Part shown: in pieces, positions 61,900-64,000 of the stretch
Position numbering within the stretch: position 1 is the stretch's first letter
Layout of the letters: every line of letters starts with the position of its first letter
NCBI GenBank assembly: GCA_965644265.1
Contig: OZ286462.1
Span: forward strand, 51,460,001-51,524,000
Direction of reading: 5' to 3'
From: Glycera tridactyla
Taxonomy: Eukaryota
DNA: 64,000 nucleotides
The notes under the pieces: model-generated
What the model was told of the DNA's origin: nothing
Seen by the model: the letters and a program-made list of their open reading frames with translations, nothing else
The model's database searches: none
Made by a program: the position numbers and the translations under genes

Positions 61900-62880
61900 T
61901 ACTGCCAGTGCACTCATGCTGCTATAGACTTTGTCTTTATAACAGATAATGGTCAGAATGAGCGAGCGATATAGTTATTTTTTGAGTTTAGTCTCCCATA
62001 CCAAGGAATAACAATCAGACTTGATGAATTTCAGGGTAAATTTCATGTAGCGAAACCATTGGCTTACTGTTTCTGGGTCAGTTCCAAGCTATATCACCAA
62101 TTCGTCTGCATTATCGTCGCTTCCACATGTAGCCATATCATCCATTACAAGTATGTTCAACATAGTCCTACAGCCGATGGTATCTGGTTGATGAATATCA
62201 CAAATAATAGGGGTTCGAGGATAGACCCTTGCGGAACACCACATGATATGGGTCCATTCTACGACACTCTATCATTAAGCTTGGATAAGGCATCACCTAA
62301 TGTATCTATTATTCTAGAAGTGTTTTGGGAGGAGCGATGTGCTTAATTCAGATGGAGGGTTCAGGAATATATTGAAGAGGTCCACAATAGCATTGCTTTC
62401 TTATGCAGATAATGTTGATTTAAATTGTGATGACACCAGTTTCAATGCAACGTTGCACTTTCTGTTGTAAAAAGCCTGATCCAAACCATATCATCCAGCT
62501 GGTGGTGACGGGTCATTAGACAACTGGTAGAACAGTACACTCAAGAACAGCGGTGTTATTCAGTAACTCGAACTGAAATACGACATTATTCTGAAAGTGT
62601 AAATCCTAATGATCCTCATGTTCTTGTAATCTTGTAGGAGTCTTGTTTCCTAATAGCTCTTTGGGCAAAACCAATTATCAAGTAGAGATGCTATTGCTTC
62701 GATCATGTAATCACTCAAATGTTTCTTCACGTCCAGGAGTTGAAGCCATGTCTTTCACATACAATGATCCTCCTATAACCAGTACACGAAACAAGTGCAC
62801 CAAATTATGCACAGCATTTTTTTTCCAGATAGAGGATGATTATCAATATATGGCATGTTTCTTGATACCGATCACAACTA
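61900..62880 (-). mobile_element. Degenerate non-LTR retrotransposon RT fragment
   Basis: Minus strand at ~62180-62240 reads GVPQGSILEPLLFVIFINQIP, with a WF..(N)L.L-like segment downstream. The boundaries are approximate. Confidence 0.75.
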
Positions 62881-63275
62881 TGATGAATTGAATTGAATTG
62901 AATCCTTTATCTATACTCACTGGGGGAGGTAAAATCATATTTTCCCCTCTAGAGTACGATTCAAACATTTACAATCATTACAGTGAACAAAACATTAGGG
63001 ATATATACACATATGTAACCATCAAGAGAAGAAACGTGAAATACATTTCATGAACCAAACAAGTAAATTAGATGAGTTTGAAAAAGTAGGTAAATATGTG
63101 GGTGGTGGGTAGATAAACCAGTGGGGGTGGGGGGGGGGGGCAGAGGGCTGATGACTATTCGTATCCCCAAGTAAACGTGAAGTATGGGGCATCCCCGCAA
63201 GAGTGGGCTTGACAATGATATTTTTATTCCTGCTGAGCAAAATGTATTCGGACTTCTTCAAAAAAAAAAAAAAAA

Positions 63276-63455
63276 GCCTGCCCTGTTGGCTCAGTGGTAG
63301 CGTACTGGGCCGGCGTGCAATGGGTCTGGGGTTCAATCCCCGGTCCCACCATGCAGGAACGTTTCACCATTCATCTTCGCTCCTCCTTGGCAGGTGGTCT
63401 GATTTAGCCTACTCAAGTGCAGAAAGTGGACCTAAAACCTCAACATTTCCATTTC
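63276..63455 (+). mobile_element. tRNA-derived SINE
   Basis: Pol III A-box TGGCTCAGTGG (63287-63297) and B-box GGTTCAATCCC. There is no acceptor-stem pairing, and a non-tRNA body and short tail follow. Confidence 0.7.
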
Positions 63456-64000
63456 TTCAAAAACATAGAAGGGGATCTATGATCTATATACAGCATAACA
63501 ACAAAATATCACACAATGGCATCGCCTCTCATGAGGATGTGAGAAGATTTTTACATGCATTCTTCTTGGATACACCCCACTGATGTTGACCAGTAATTTT
63601 ACGTGTGAGCATAGTGATAGTGGTGAACACTTGCCATAATATTTGGCTGGAATTACCTTAGCGTCTCAATACAGCCCTAGTGGCACCTGGAATAGGAACA
63701 AATTATTCGACCAATCCAGTCAAAGGATCATCCAATCTTCAACTCAGAGATGGTATATGTTATGCTCGAATATAACGATAATGATAATGATAATAATGAT
63801 GATAATAATAATAGTTTTTTTAGACAGCGCCAAATGAAGAGCATCTTCGAATAAGCTTGACAAGTGGAAACCTACATGTGTACAAATCTCCACAAAACAA
63901 TATAAGTATCAATGAAGACATAGATAATACACCATTACAATGATAATCAGATAATATAGTGTTATGGTGACAAGTGTGCGTTCACTAACATCAGCAGGTA

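Noticed and set aside
63280-63352. Functional tRNA gene
   Set aside because: The 5' and 3' ends do not form an acceptor stem and there is no convincing anticodon arm, so it is better explained as a SINE head.

Overview
Eukaryotic (invertebrate-animal-like) draft genomic DNA with two N gaps. The window is dominated by a co-oriented, minus-strand tandem array of intronless class A (rhodopsin-like) 7TM GPCR paralogs of one divergent family. Seven have complete reading frames (5666, 11784, 17343, 33020, 35161, 49819, 58235). One is a multiply broken pseudogene (13841-14754), and one carries a single premature stop (44391-45362). Two more are TM1-less copies produced by a near-identical ~2.53-kb tandem triplication (26206-33804). 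All members keep D2.50, (D/E)R(Y/F), the C3.25/ECL2 cysteines and NPxx(Y/F), but lack P5.50 and W6.48 and vary at an acidic TM3 pocket position. This fits a lineage-specific, birth-and-death receptor expansion; a chemosensory role is inference only. Intergenic DNA holds a defective Academ-type DNA transposon (long TIRs, CAA TSD), a Penelope fragment, several non-LTR retrotransposon fragments (one with an intact 5'-truncated ORF), a Tc1/pogo-type MITE, a tRNA-derived SINE, a 128-bp-arm palindrome, and mini- and microsatellites. No prokaryotic features, CRISPR arrays or true RNA genes are supported. All alignments were done by eye and no database searches were run.
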